Positions 1-12,927 are shown, counted from the stretch's first letter. The stretch: DNA of 64,000 nt from Octopus sinensis (GCF_006345805.1 NC_043003.1:24614001-24678000), one strand, 5' to 3'. Program-made: numbers and translations. The notes: generated from the letters alone by a model not told the origin.

Positions 1-533
1 AAGTTGAATATTATAGATTATTTTACTTTAAAAAATGCCACAAAACATATTTCTCTTAAATGCATCCATGTTGTTGTTTGGTACCAGATTAGCCCTGATT
101 GAGGTGATCTTTCATCAGAGGCACTCCAGCAATGAACAATCCACCTTTTTTCTTTCCTCTTTCTTCTGGCATAATATACCTTGGACTACATTATTTCAGT
201 GTAATCTTCCATTCTGAAGTCAGTAGAGGCTTGTCATTTGAGGGAGATTTTGCTGCTGTTTCCAGCAAGTCAAGTAATTACATAGATGCTCTTTCTCTCT
301 CTCTCTTTGGTTTGTCTTCAATAAAGTCATTAGTATAGGTGACTCACTAGTGAGGTTAAAAATTCTGCTTCCCAATGACATGGTTTGGGGTTAAGTCTTT
401 GTGGCATGGCTTTTTGAGCAAGTGTTCTCTGCAATAGTGCCAGGCAAACCAAACCCTTGTGAATTGATTTGGTTAGCAGAAACTAAATGGGCCCTGCTCT
501 GTGTGTGTATATGTGTATTTATATATGTGTGTG

Positions 534-718
534 TGGCACGTAAAAAACACCCACTACACTCACGGAGTGGTTGGCGTTAGGAAGGGCATCCAGCCATAGA
601 AACACTGCCAGATCTGACTGGGCCTGACGAAGCCTTCCAGCTTCACAGACCCCAGTTGACCCGTCCAACCCATGCTAGCATGGAAAGCGGACGCTAAATG
701 ATGATGATGATGATGATA
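534..718 (+). mobile_element. SINE/RTE-tail repeat (family C) ending in (GAT)n
   Basis: tggcacgtaaaaaacacccactacactc...catgctagcatggaaagcggacgctaaatgatgatg; homologous copies at about 8640, 27280, 46515, 56350 and 61325. Confidence 0.8.
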
Positions 719-729
719 TATATATATAT

Positions 730-1025
730 AGTTGAAAATATGTGGATAAAAAAATATAAAAAGTAGAAGAGAAATGCCTTCGTTTCATATAGTTTAATAT
801 CTTTTTATAAATATATAAATATATACATATTATTTGGATATCATGAAATTCAATCAGTTTTTGCTATTTAAATTAGCTTTTCAAAAGCAAATTTAAATAG
901 CAAAAACCAGCTGGATTTCACAACATCCATATAATATGTATATATTTATAAAAAGATATTAAACTATATGAAACAAAGGCATTTCCCTTCCATCTTTTTA
1001 TATTTTTTTCCACATATTTTCAACT
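730..1025. repeat. Near-perfect ~296-bp palindrome (fold-back element)
   Basis: agttgaaaatatgtgga (730-746) is the reverse complement of tccacatattttcaact (1009-1025). The arms pair inward to the centre gctttt-c-aaaagc at about 882. Confidence 0.9.
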
Positions 1026-1092
1026 CATAATTTTGCCACGTGGTGTATACTGAATCTTCAATTTCTTTGTACCTTGTATATGTGTATATATT

Positions 1093-1159
<67 letters not shown>

Positions 1160-1233
1160 AAAGAAATAATTGAGATTCAGTAGAATTAGGTACTTAAGCT
1201 GAAGCACCAAATCAGTCCGGTATTATCTGCACA

Positions 1234-3480
1234 GCTTGAAGTAAGGATTGTGGTTCATTTCTAATTTATTTACCTTTTTATCAACTACTAAATCTAAGAC
1301 TAGATGACTGTGTCTGTTTGGAATGAAGACCAAGAGTGAGTTGACAGCTCATGGATGTGTATGGTCATAAATATTGTCAAAATATTAATAGTAAATTAGG
1401 TATAAAGTAGCTGTCTATATAGGAGGCTGGGTAGGGGAAGACCCTAAATCATGATATTAATTACCAGTTAAAGGGGCAAGACACTAATAAAACCTATGAT
1501 GTCAATACAGAGGAAATTTTATCATGGGATACTATGGGTGATTGTTTATAAACAATATTGTTATATTATATAAAGATAAAATTAAGATTATCAAAAATGA
1601 TATCATTACCAAAATAGGTAAAATGTGTATGTGTGTATATATATATATATATCAATTTTCAACATTAAAAAGGAAAGATTACTTAGAATTATTGTAATAG
1701 TCATTCATGTACTTAATTATTTACTTATTAGGTGGTTTCTATAAAGATTGCTCTGGGTATTTGCTTATAGAATACTGGAAAGATAAACATGCTATCTATA
1801 TATTAATTATAAGCCAAGAATCAGAAAAAATAAAGATGTTTACAGATACCTACACGTATTTATCTATGTGCACACATGCACACCTACATAAATATTTATG
1901 CATTTATATGGATATAGTACTACCATCTCGCATATGTTATAAACTATATGTTATAGTATGCGGTGTGCTATATGTAATTACTATCCCATGAAAACTCTTG
2001 CCTAGTTAGTCTGACTTCATCATGTTTTAGGTGATTAAACTATTTGTTCTTTTCTTTGATGTTCTACCCTACTGATCATATTATGTATAGTTGTAATGGC
2101 TTTTATGTAAGTAAGTCTCACTTGAAACTATAAAATCATATATGTAATAGTACCTGTAACATTATAACTTATAAAATCTCTTCGGTCGGAATACCTTCAA
2201 CTGCCCTCACTATTCCCATACCTACTACCTCCTCTTTTAGGCTTACCTTTATCTCTTCCCCACCTCAAATTTTAATACCCTGTCTCTTTAAATGTAAGTT
2301 ATATATATTTCTTATCATTTTCTATAAATTCTTAATTTGATATCCTTACCTATTAACCTCTTATCCCTTAAAATTGTTACTGTTCTTAAATAGAAATTTT
2401 TCAGCTACTAGGTCTATGCAAGATGGTTATACTGTATCCATATAAACATATAAATACTTGTTTATGTGTGTATATATGCATATATGTGCATAACCTATTA
2501 ACCTCTTATCCCTTATAAATTGTTATCGTTCTTATTCGTAAATAGATACTTTTTAGTTACTTAAGCCTAGGTGAGTTGGTTATATATTTATCCATAGAAA
2601 CGTGTAAATATTTATGTAGGTGTGCATGTGTGCACATAGATAAATATGTGTGTGTATCTGTAAACATCTTTATTTTTTCTGATTCTTGGCTTATAATTAA
2701 TATATAGATAGCATGTTTATCTTTCCAGTATTCCATAAGTAAATAATTAAGTGCATGAATGAATATTAGACTAACTCTATGTAATCTTTCCTTTTTAATG
2801 TTGAAAATTGATATATATACACATTTACCTATTTTGGTTATGATATCATTTTTGATAATCTTAAATTTTATCTTTGTATAATATAACAATATTGATTATA
2901 AACAATCACCCATAGTACCTCATGACAAAATTTCCTCTGTATTGACATCATAGGTTTTATTAGTGTCTTGCCCCTTTAACTGGTAATTAACATCATGATT
3001 TAGGGTCTTCCCCTACCCAGCCTCCTTTATAGACAGTTACTTTATACCTAATTTACTACTACTAATATTTTGACAATATTTATGACCATACCTAGCCATG
3101 AGCTGTCAACTCACTCTTGGTTTTCATTCCAAACAGCCACAGTCCTCTCTAGTCTTAGATTTAGTAGTTGATAAAAAGGCAAATAAATTAGAAATGAAAC
3201 ACAATCCTTTACTGGCTATGACCCCAGTAAGTTTCGTGCTTTTCTTGGAAGGGTAGTATATTCTTGGCTGCAATAGCGACAACATGGATTTCTTCCATCT
3301 TTTTGCTCTGTTAAAGTATTCCAGTAAAATTATATTAATGTGTCCGACTGATTAAAAATTCTATTTATTTGTGCAGCTGATGATAGCCCTGCATTTAAAC
3401 TGATATAATGATTGCATTGTTCAATTAAATGGAGCTGCTTGAAATGGTCGTACTGCATCACTACTTGATATCCTGTTGCT
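1234..3480 (-). mobile_element. Decayed Penelope-like retroelement with inverted duplication of its 3' region (arms ~1234-1914 and ~2589-3212)
   Basis: Arms of ~650 bp are reverse complements at roughly 90% identity by eye. A GIY-YIG-like remnant abuts the right arm. Confidence 0.65.
3210..3470 (-). pseudogene. Penelope-type GIY-YIG endonuclease C-terminal remnant
   Basis: Minus-strand frames give PFN*TMQSLYQFKCR (cf. PLE FTCTSSNVIYLITC), QLHK*I and KMEEIHVVAIAAKNILPFQEKHETYW (cf. ...RETYWI). Stops and frameshifts present. Confidence 0.6.
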
Positions 3481-3484
3481 TATT

Positions 3485-3520
<36 letters not shown>

Positions 3521-3523
<3 letters not shown>

Positions 3524-3675
3524 TAGCTGTGTGATAAGAACCTTGCTTCCCAACCACATGGTTCTGGGTTCAGGGCCACTGTGTGGCACGTTTGGCAAGT
3601 GTCTTCTACTATAGCCTCGCACCGACCAAAGCCTTGTGAGTGGATTAGACAGAAGCTAAAAGAAGACTGTTGTGT
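3521..3675 (+). mobile_element. tRNA-headed SINE family A, 5' part
   Basis: gctgtgtgataagaaccttgcttcccaaccacatggttctgggttcagggccac head plus ...gccttgtgagtggatt; many copies in the window. Confidence 0.75.
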
Positions 3676-3688
3676 ATATATATATATA

Positions 3689-4085
3689 CTAGCAGTATCG
3701 CCCGGCGTTGCTCGGGTTTGTAAGGGAAATAACTATATAAGCATTTTTAGAGAGTTATAGCCAAAAAATAAGAAGAAAATGCATTAAAAATGGAAAAAAA
3801 ATTAAGGTAAATTTCTTTTTAAATCGTTGACACATCGTAGATATTTTTAGAGAGTTACTTCCCTTATATAATAGCGAAAAAAATGCATTAAAATGGAAAA
3901 ATATGATGGTAAATTTTTTTAAATCGTAGACTCATCGTAGACGCGCGCTAATACCCAGAAGGGCTCGATATGAATCACGACTATAAGATACCCGGTTTTG
4001 GTTACACTGCACCGCAAAATGTGGGAGTAGTTAGGAATCTAAATCGTAGGAGACAGACACACAACTTCACTCTTATATATAAAGA
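3689..4085 (-). mobile_element. Non-autonomous Helitron
   Basis: On the minus strand: 5' TC(TTTATATATAAGAG), 3' hairpin cccgagcaacgccggg then CTAG, inserted at A|T. Homologous to 6656-7263. Confidence 0.8.
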
Positions 4086-4197
4086 TATAAGCCACGTAGT
4101 TATATACACATACTTTGTTATATACGCATTCTTAAAAGAAAATGTTATTTTGAATACAACATTTATAAAGAATAAAATATTTTTTGGTTTTTCTTAA

Positions 4198-5256
4198 CCC
4201 TTTCGTTACTATATTTCTGACCAAAATACACCCCTTATGTGTTTCAATTAATTTCTAACGTAATCATAAATTTAGTCTGGTTTCATTAAACAACTATACC
4301 TTTTTTATTTATCAATATATTAATGTGATTTTTGGAAGATAATTTAATGAAATGTCCTCAACCAATTCTATACTATAATTTTTGTCACAAAGTGACTCTA
4401 ATTGCAGGTAGATACAGGTAAATTCAACAATATATAAAATTATTAAAATTTTGTTCAAACATCGCTATAGAAAATGGGTTATTAGCTAATATTCAATTGG
4501 GTATACAACAAAATTTTACGATAGAATTTGTTATTCTGGGTAACTTTCTGTAAAATTATTAAAATTTTGTTCAAACATCGCTATAGAAAATGGGTTATTA
4601 GCTAATATTCAATTAGGTATACAACAAAATTTTATGATAGAATTTGTTATTCTGGGTAACTTTCTGATACCCATAATAATATTTATGGCAAAATAGGCCT
4701 TAATTTCATTTAAGGTTGTGGGAAATAACAAACTATCGTTTCTTTCGTTTTGTTTACGTTTAGCGTAACGTTTCGTTTCTGCCGTAATGATTTTAAATGG
4801 GCTCATTCGAAAAAGTAAATAGAAATAGTCTAAGGCTTTACTCTTCTGGGAAAGTCTGTGGCTTGGTGCAGTTTCTTCAGAAAAATCACCGAAAGAAACA
4901 GTTTTTAAATTTTCACTCCATTCAGGTGCTAATTCGTGTTCTTAATCGCTGTCGGATTCACTGTTTTCACTTTAATAGCTGCCAACTTGCAAAGACAAAG
5001 GAGGAGAAGGGTGATAGCGTCAGTGAAACAGTTGGCTCCCTTTGTGTGTGTGTGCGTTTGCGTGTGGTGTAAACCAGACTAAGAAAAGCATTTGACACAC
5101 ACACTAGAATGTGAGTTTTCTGTAAATTTTGCTTAATTGGAGTTTAAATTTTAAAAACTGGACCTGGCATGACGCGATGCATTGTACTCTTAAAAATGCT
5201 AGGTAAATTGTAATTGAAGAAATCCTATATTGTAGATTTCTATAACTCCCAAAGGG
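4198..5256 (-). mobile_element. piggyBac derivative with transposase fragment (~4640-4806)
   Basis: TTAA-CCCTTTCGTTAC terminus at 4194. Minus-strand peptide IITAETKRYA...PTTLNEIKAYFAINIIMGIRKLPRI is typical of the piggyBac DDE_Tnp_1_7 N-terminal region. Right boundary uncertain. Confidence 0.7.
4435..4666. repeat. Tandem duplication, 2 x 116 bp, inside the piggyBac derivative
   Basis: taaaattattaaaattttgttcaaacatcg...gtaactttctg occurs at 4435 and 4551, nearly identical. Confidence 0.9.
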
Positions 5257-6655
5257 AGGCAGATAAAATCTGCCTTTTATAATAAGAGATATACATACAC
5301 TCAAACACACACACATATATATATAGAAGAAAAGAGGTATAAAATGAAATTTGGTTAACAATATTCAACAATTAGACACCAGTAAATAAAAGTAAAATAC
5401 AGATCCCAGATAAATCCAAGATATCTTTTGGCAGTGGTATGATAGTTGTGGATGAGTGTCACTATCATGGAAGTGTTGTCATTCATTTTTTTCCTTCCAT
5501 GAAAACATGTCCAGTCAAGAAGCAATGTTACCTTTCTTGTTAACAAATGAGGATTGGCAACAGGAGAAGCATCCAGTGATAGAAAATCTGCCTCAGCAAG
5601 TTCTGTGTGACCCATGCAAGCATGGAATTTAATATCATCATCATGATATTAAAATCATGATGATGATGATAAACTCAGCCATCAAAGGTCGAGCAAATAA
5701 CCTTTTCTGGATTTTTTTTTGGTTTTTTTTTTTTTTTGCATAATGTTGCTGAAAACAAATATTTATTCTCTTTATTTGATTATTTCTCCTCTTTAGAAAC
5801 CAATCTATTTTTGTCTCCATGCCATTCTCAGTTGAAAACAGCTGATTCTTGTTAATGACAATCACTTTGTTATATTCCTGCAAAAATAAGTGTGAATGAA
5901 TACATAGCTGTATGATTAGGAATCTCACTTTGTATCTCAAAATTCTAGGTTCAATCTCAGTGTACAGCACTTAGGGAAAGTAATTTCTGCTGTAATCTCA
6001 GTGGGACTATAACTTATGTGGAATTTGGTAGGTGAAATGTGTAGAAGGCCATTATATATATATATATATTTGATATACAAAAGCCCATAAATACAAGTGT
6101 GTGTGTATGTGTGTAATGGTGCTAGCATGGCTAAGTGGTAAAGAAATTCACTTCTCAACCACATGATTTCAGATTCAGTCCCACTCTATAGCATGTCGGT
6201 CAAGTGTTTTCCACTATAGCCCTTGAATGGCTATAAGGGTCCTTCCATGTAAAATAGGAATCACAGGGGTTCCATGGGCAAGAAATGGTTGAGAACCACT
6301 GATTTAAATGATAAATACTCAAATGGTGGGCTTTTTAACATTGTGTGTAATAGGATGCCAACTAATGAAGTTATACTGAGTCTCAAAAGGACACGATACT
6401 TATGTTGAGCCAGTTGGGAAACCACCGCAGGTCTAGAAGTACTCCCCCTACTTAAGACAAATGCCCTCACCCCTACTTTTGTACACCAGCCAACAAACAT
6501 ACTCACCACCCTCATCTTTTAGCAACAAGTGTTCTTCTACATCAGTGGCTCTCAACCATTTTTTCCCTATGGATCCTTTTGATTCTTGTTTTACTCGGGT
6601 TGGCTCTCATAGCCATTTGATGTTTCAAAAAATCCCATTATATTTTATAATTAAA

Positions 6656-7263
6656 CTAGCAGTATAGCCCAGCGTTGCTCGGGTTTGTTTTCTTTTCGAC
6701 CCTTTAGAATTGGAATTTTTGAAAAGTAAAAATTTTGCATTATATAGCTTGTTATTCTCTTTAACCCTTTAGTGTTCGCATTATTCTGCCAAAACAAGTG
6801 CTTTTTTATCCACATTGTTTTGAACAAACCATGCATTATCTTGTAGTTATGAGATTTTGATGAGGCAGCTGTTAATTTTTAAGATGATATTGTAGGGTTG
6901 GTGTGAGAGACCAGATCTGGCCAGTTTGAACATAAAAGAAGCAGAATACTTTTGGCCGGATATGGCTGGTTTAAATGCTAAAGGGTTAAGTAAACATTTT
7001 TCTGGTTGAAATACACCGAAAAATGGTGACACAGCAGTCAAAAAATTATAAAAAAATAGGAATTTTCATAGAAAAAAAGCACCTTTTTTTGGTCTTTACA
7101 TGGTCCAATTTGAATTTTATCTTTTAAGGAATGAAGAGCAAGCCTTCTTCTATCATACTCTCAATTTTGGTCAACTTGCGCCACAGGGTCTCAGAGGATA
7201 TAGTGTTAGTTGAAGGCTACCAAACCTGCCATACACAGACAACTTCAGCTTTATATATAAAGA
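6656..7263 (-). mobile_element. Non-autonomous Helitron nested in the hAT MITE
   Basis: ctagcagtatagcccagcgttgctcggg at the left end and cttcagctttatatataaaga at the right end; same termini as 3689-4085. Confidence 0.8.
6765..6985. mobile_element. piggyBac MITE nested in the Helitron
   Basis: TTAA target duplications (6761-6764, 6986-6989) and TIR ccctttag/ctaaaggg; related copy at 14393-14555. Confidence 0.85.
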
Positions 7264-7679
7264 TATTATTAGGAACTGTGTAAAAAAGTTGATATAGTTC
7301 ATGTATAGGTGTATAATCAATTTATTGCATGTAAATTTTAATAACAAAATCTTATGGACCCCCAAGGGCTTTATGGATCCTGGTTGAGAGCCACTCTATA
7401 TAGTCTATCAACTTGCTGGAAATAGCAGCTAAATCTCCCTCAAAGTACACTATTGATTTCTTTTTAAAGATAATGTAGAAATGATGCATTTGTTAATGTA
7501 GTTCAAGATGTACTGTGGTTGCACAAAAAGCAGAGAGAATGGTCAAGAGCTGATATGGGGTTAAATAATAGCAGAAACAACAATCTTAGTAATGTTGTTA
7601 ATGGCCCGAGATAATAATTATTTTATTTCAGTTGTTTGTCTATTCATTTCATTAAAAAAAATTTTTCGCACTTTTCCAG

Positions 7680-7736
7680 GGTTGGGCATCGTTTGCGCTC
7701 AGTGCCAGCAAATTTGCTGCTGTTGCTTCAGAAAAG
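7680..7736 (+). CDS. ARFGAP1: Internal coding exon (19 aa, GWASFALSASKFAAVASEK) of ADP-ribosylation factor GTPase-activating protein 1, ALPS-motif region
   Basis: Acceptor cttttccag|G at 7679/7680 and donor AAG|gtatga at 7736/7737; 57 nt, phase 0 on both sides, no stop. The peptide aligns with the human ArfGAP1 segment GWSSFTTGASRFASAAKEG (recalled, also 19 aa). No flanking ArfGAP1 exons recognised in the window. Confidence 0.8.
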
Positions 7737-8384
7737 GTATGACCTTTCGATATTAATTTCTTTTTATCTCTTTTTATTTATTCATTTTTGTAATCTTTAC
7801 TTGTGAAAAGATAAAAAAAGAAAGTATAGTTCTTCTTCATCATGATCATCATCATCATTAACATCATCATCATCATTTGGTTGGCAGGTGGGGGTGGGTC
7901 AATAAAGTACTAGTTAACTATTTTAGTCGGTGTAATCAAATTACCCACTAGCCCCAAATTTCTAGCCTTGTGCCTATAGTAGACTCTATAGTTATTATCA
8001 TTATGGCAACAAGCCAGTAGAATCATTATGGTGGAGAATATGCTTAAGGCATTTCTTCCTGCTCTTTATGTGCGAGTTCAAATCCTGCTGAGGTTGACTT
8101 TATCTTTCATCCTTTCAGGGTCAATAAAATAAAGTACCAGTTTGTTTACTAGGGATGATGTTATCATCTTGCCTGCACCCCTCTGTATTGCTGGCTTTGT
8201 GCTAAAATTAGAAACCATTATTGTCATCATTGTCATCATCAAGCGAGCTGGCAAAATAACCAGTACACTGGACAAAATACTTATCGGCATTTCTTCCAGT
8301 TTTACACTTCTCAGTTCAAATGCCCCTGTGGATGACATTGTCTTACATCCTGGGCTGATAAGATAGAATAAATACAAGGGACCG

Positions 8385-8838
8385 AGACCTTTGGAGATAA
8401 GCTGTTATTGAGAAGACCCAGCAAGTAAAGTGAGATTGCAGCTGCAGCCGTTACCAATGTCGCATAACCAGCCCATTTTAAAGTACCCTTGAATCGCTGG
8501 GTGACACGCTGTGCTTGAGAAGACCTGGTGAGTCAAGTGAAATTACAGTCATGGCTAATGCCAGTGCCATCTGACTGGCACCTATGCCAGTGGCACATAA
8601 AAATCACCATCTGAATGTGGTCGATGTCAGTGCCCCCTGACTGGCCCCTATGCCAGTGGCACGTAAAAAGCACCCACTACACTCTCAAGTGGTTGGTGTT
8701 AGGAAAAGCATCCAGCTGTATAAATCTTATCAGATCAGATTGGAGCCTGGTGCAGCCTACTGGCTTGCCAGTCCTCCGTCAAACCATCCAACTCATGCCA
8801 GTATGGAAAATGGACATTAAACAATGATGATGATGATG
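8385..8838 (+). mobile_element. Family C / RTE 3'-UTR-derived repeat, long form
   Basis: cttgagaagacctgg...tgccagtggcacgtaaaaagcacccactac...(GAT)n; shares sequence with the RTE 3' end at 63315-63780. Confidence 0.7.
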
Positions 8839-10199
8839 ACGACCAGTTGCACACTATAAGATTAATATAATTAACTAGCCCCCTTTCTGTAAAATTGCTG
8901 GCCTTGTGCTCATAGCAGAAAGAATTATTGTTATTAAGGTGAAATGACAAAACCATTAGAGCGCTGTAAAAAAAGCTTTGCACGATTTTCTTCAGCTCTT
9001 TATGTTTTGAGTTCAAATCCTATCACTGTCTACTTTACCTTTCATCCCTCTGGGTCCATTAAAATAAACCACCATTCAAGTATTGGGGTTGAATTTTTGA
9101 GAAAGGATGGGGGTTATTGACTAATCCCCTTCCTCTCAAAATTGCTGGCCTTGTGTCATAATCAGAAACAATTATGGTTGTTGTTGTTGTTGCAGTTATT
9201 TTTTTCATTCTTAATTTGTTAGCCGAGGCATTTGGTTTATTTTGTTTGTTTCCCTTTTTTCACGGGTGTCTTCTTTTTGCATGGGTACTTGTCTTTGTTG
9301 TTTTTCAGCCAAAACAAACTGACCACTTTTTTATATTGATTTTTACTTACATTATGAGTATTTTGTTGGTTTTAAAGTAGGTTTCCATATTGCTGTTACG
9401 ATGATCTGGTTATTGTTGTTGTTATTAGTTTACTACTTAAGATAACAAGCTGGCAGAATTATTACTATGCTGGGAAAAATGCTTAGCAACATTTCCTCTG
9501 ACTTTATGTTCTGAGTGCACATGCCGCCCGGGTCGACTTTGCCTTTCATCCTCTTGGGGTCAATAAAATAAGTGCCACTTGAACATTGGGGGTCAATGTA
9601 ATCAACTTACTCCTCTCTGAAATTGCTAGCCTTGTGCCAAAATTAAAAATCATCATTATCATCATCATCATTATTATTATTATTATTAATATTATTATTG
9701 AGTGAGAGAGCAGCGCATGCCAACAAAGTGACACTAGGGTAAAATATACGAAACCCAATATACCCATCATGACTACCCACCTGATAAGAGTACACCAGGC
9801 ACATGCATCACAACCATATGTGCTCAACATGGTGATCTCATATCAAGATAAACAGCGCATGGCCTTGCAGGTGGGGCTCAGCTAGAATTTTCTTCAGGTC
9901 GAGTAGCCCATCCCACTCAAAAAGTTTTTGAATAAGGGTTGTTTAAGGATGTTGAACAAAACACCCATATTTCCAGAGGTGAATTATTCAAACCCCCAAA
10001 AATTCCTCACAACACTTTGATACTATATTCCCCCACTACTTCTGCTCATGATGAAAGATGCACATATGGTCAACCACCAAGGGATATGCTCAACTGGTTA
10101 CGGTCAAACAACTGACAAGCAAATCTGTGGTATTGAGCAGAATATTTGTTGTAGCCCATCTGTTATTATTATCATTATTATTGTTATTATTATTATTAT

Positions 10200-10690
10200 T
10201 AAGGTGGTGAGCTAGCAGAATCGTTAGCACGTTGGGCGAAATGCTTTGCGGCACTTCGTCTGCCTGCATGTTCTGAGTTCAAATTGCACCGAGGTGGACT
10301 TTGCCTTTCATCCTTTCAGGGTCAATAAACTAAGTACCGGTGTAACACTGAGGTCAATGTAATTGACTAGTCCCCTCCCCCAAAATTTCGGGCCTTGTGC
10401 TTATAGTAGAAAGGATTATTATTATTAAGGTGGGCTAGCAGAGCCGTTAGTACACTGGGTAAAATGCTTAGCGGCATTTCATCCATCTTTACATTCTGAG
10501 TTCAAATTCTGCTGAGATCAACTTTACCTTTCATCCTTTCAAGGTTGATAGAATAAGTACCAGTTGAACACTGGGGTCAATGTAATCGACATAACCTTCC
10601 CCAAAATATTTCAGGCTTTGTACCTATAATAGAATTATTATTGTTATTGTTGTTAAGGTGGTAAACTAGTAGAATCATTAGACAAAATCC
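10200..10690 (+). mobile_element. Head-to-tail array of SINE family B copies separated by (ATT)n
   Basis: Repeated gagctagcagaatcgttagcac...gagttcaaatt...gactttgcctttcatcctttc...aagtacc modules. The central block resembles the Nin/Deu-type SINE domain (recalled). Confidence 0.8.
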
Positions 10691-12872
10691 TTAATGATAT
10701 TTTTTTCCAGCTTTTACATTGATTTCAAATTCCTCCATGGTCAACTTTGCCATGCATTCTTTCAGAGTCTCTAAAATATGTACCATTTGAGCAGTGGAGT
10801 TGATGCTCCCCTCCATACACACGGAAGCACGTATCTGATTCATACACTGTTCACTTTCCAGACATTTGTACATTACTCTATATGCTTTATACACACTTTT
10901 GACAAGTTGTGGTGCACCTGAGCACTGGATACAATAATTTCATTATTATATATCATTGTAAATTGACTTATCTCTACTCGCCACAAAATTTCAGACCTTG
11001 TGCCTGTAGTAGAAAAAATTGTTATTGTTATCACTGTCATTACTTATTTCCCCATTATAGAAATCAATGGCTGTTGCCAGTTAATTAGCAAACTCACTTC
11101 TCCCCTCTCCCTTTCTCTTTTTCTCTACAAACATATGATGCTTATTATATAAAGAAAAATGAAAACAACAAAAGGAAAAAAAATCTCATCTCTAACAATA
11201 GACTAGACTGTTTTTGTTTCTTTGTTGTTGGGTTTTTTTTTTGTTCTCGTGACATGTTTATTCATTTAGCAGACATGTTTTGTTTGTGTTGGGTTTTTAT
11301 TTATCTTTGTTCTGTATGTGTTGTTGTTGTTGCTGTTGATGTTGATCCAAAACAAACTCTTTTATTGACTTAACCTTTTTTGTTGTTGTCGTTGTCATTG
11401 CCACTGTTGTTGTTGTTGCAGTTGTCCTTGTCTAACAATATGTTTATTTACTCATGCCAAAGTTGATACTTCTCAATGCTTTACAAGTGCTTCGTTGAAG
11501 TATTGATGCAAGTCTGTGTGTATTTGCATGTCTTTGTGTGTGTGTGTGTTGAAAGCTGATTAGAAATATTTGAGATGTATTCCTTAGATGATTGCAGATA
11601 ATCCCAGAATGGTTTATTATAGTCAAGTTTATTTGACTTAATTGCATTTATTTAATTCACCCAATTACTATCTAATATCTTAATTGAAAAGGCGGGGGAG
11701 GGGAAACCAAAATGTCGATAACCAATAAAATGATTGGTTGATGGTATTAAAATGCCAAAAGGCCTAGAAATAGTTGATAATGTTCATTCCAGTTAACCCC
11801 TTATTTTTAAAGTCCTTTGGCTCACATTTTTACTTGCCCTCATCTCTGTCATCACATCAAGAGGGGTCTCTCTGCTGTCCCTTTTTCTGCTTGAAATATT
11901 GATTGAAAAGATTGACTTTTGCTTTTCATCCTTTGGGGCTCAATAAAATAAGCACTGGGGTCAGCGTAACTGGCTTACCCCTTCTCCCCTAAAATTTCTG
12001 GCCTTGTGCCAAAAATAAGGACATATTGAATAATATATATACTTGATGCAAAGATGGTGTCATCACAGCTGGAATACATTTCATCTAGGATCTGCTCAAT
12101 TAGGACTAACCTGGGGCTAAACAACAAATTCTTTTATTCGTTTATTTGTTTCAGTAATTTAACTGCAGCCATGCTGGAGCACCCCCTTTAGTCGAACAAA
12201 TTGACCCCAGGACTTATTCTTTGTAAGCCTAGTACTTATTCTATCGGTCTCTTTTGCCAAACCACTAAGTTTCAGGGTCGTTGTCAAGCGATGATGGGAG
12301 GACAAACATATATGTGTGTGTGTGAGTAAAAAGAGCTTGTGGTTATAATAACCGACTAAGGGATAAAATATCCGTATATACTATCGGTATCCAGTACCCA
12401 TGTTATCTCTGGGCATTGGTGTGCAGGCACACTATACACGTAGAGTGCAGGTAACAACAGGATAAACAAGAGTTTATCAGGAAACAAATATAAATAATCA
12501 GAAAATGGAGCAAACCTCAGATCAACAAACACATTGATTGGACCACATTGGAAACAGGTGAGAACTGGCTCCAGAAAGAACACCCAGCCATAGAAAATCT
12601 GCCACAATATATTTCATCTGAACTATGCGGGCATAGAAAAGTGGATGTTAAAATGAAGATGATTATGACAGTATATAAAACTTTAATCCATTATCATTAG
12701 TTCAATAAAATACATTACAATGATTATGGATTAAATACTTATTTATTCTCTTTGAGCTCTTTATTCTTCTAAGTGGCCAGACATAGCCTCTTTGAACTTG
12801 CCACTGCACTAGAGTATATACGCACATACACACACACACATATACACTCACTCATTATATATAACATATATT

Positions 12873-12927
<55 letters not shown>

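Larger units (their letters stand above)
6544..7395. mobile_element. hAT-type MITE hosting nested insertions
   Basis: Perfect 15-bp TIR agtggctctcaacca / tggttgagagccact. Confidence 0.7.

Noticed and set aside
2178-2206. Possible second HHR remnant (gaaggtattccgaccgaag, minus strand)
   Set aside because: Lacks CUGANGA and a pairing stem I; too degenerate to call.
1707-2889. Two ORFs sharing EYWKDKHAIYILIISQESEKIKMFTDT
   Set aside because: The shared peptide only reflects the inverted repeat; no recognisable protein.
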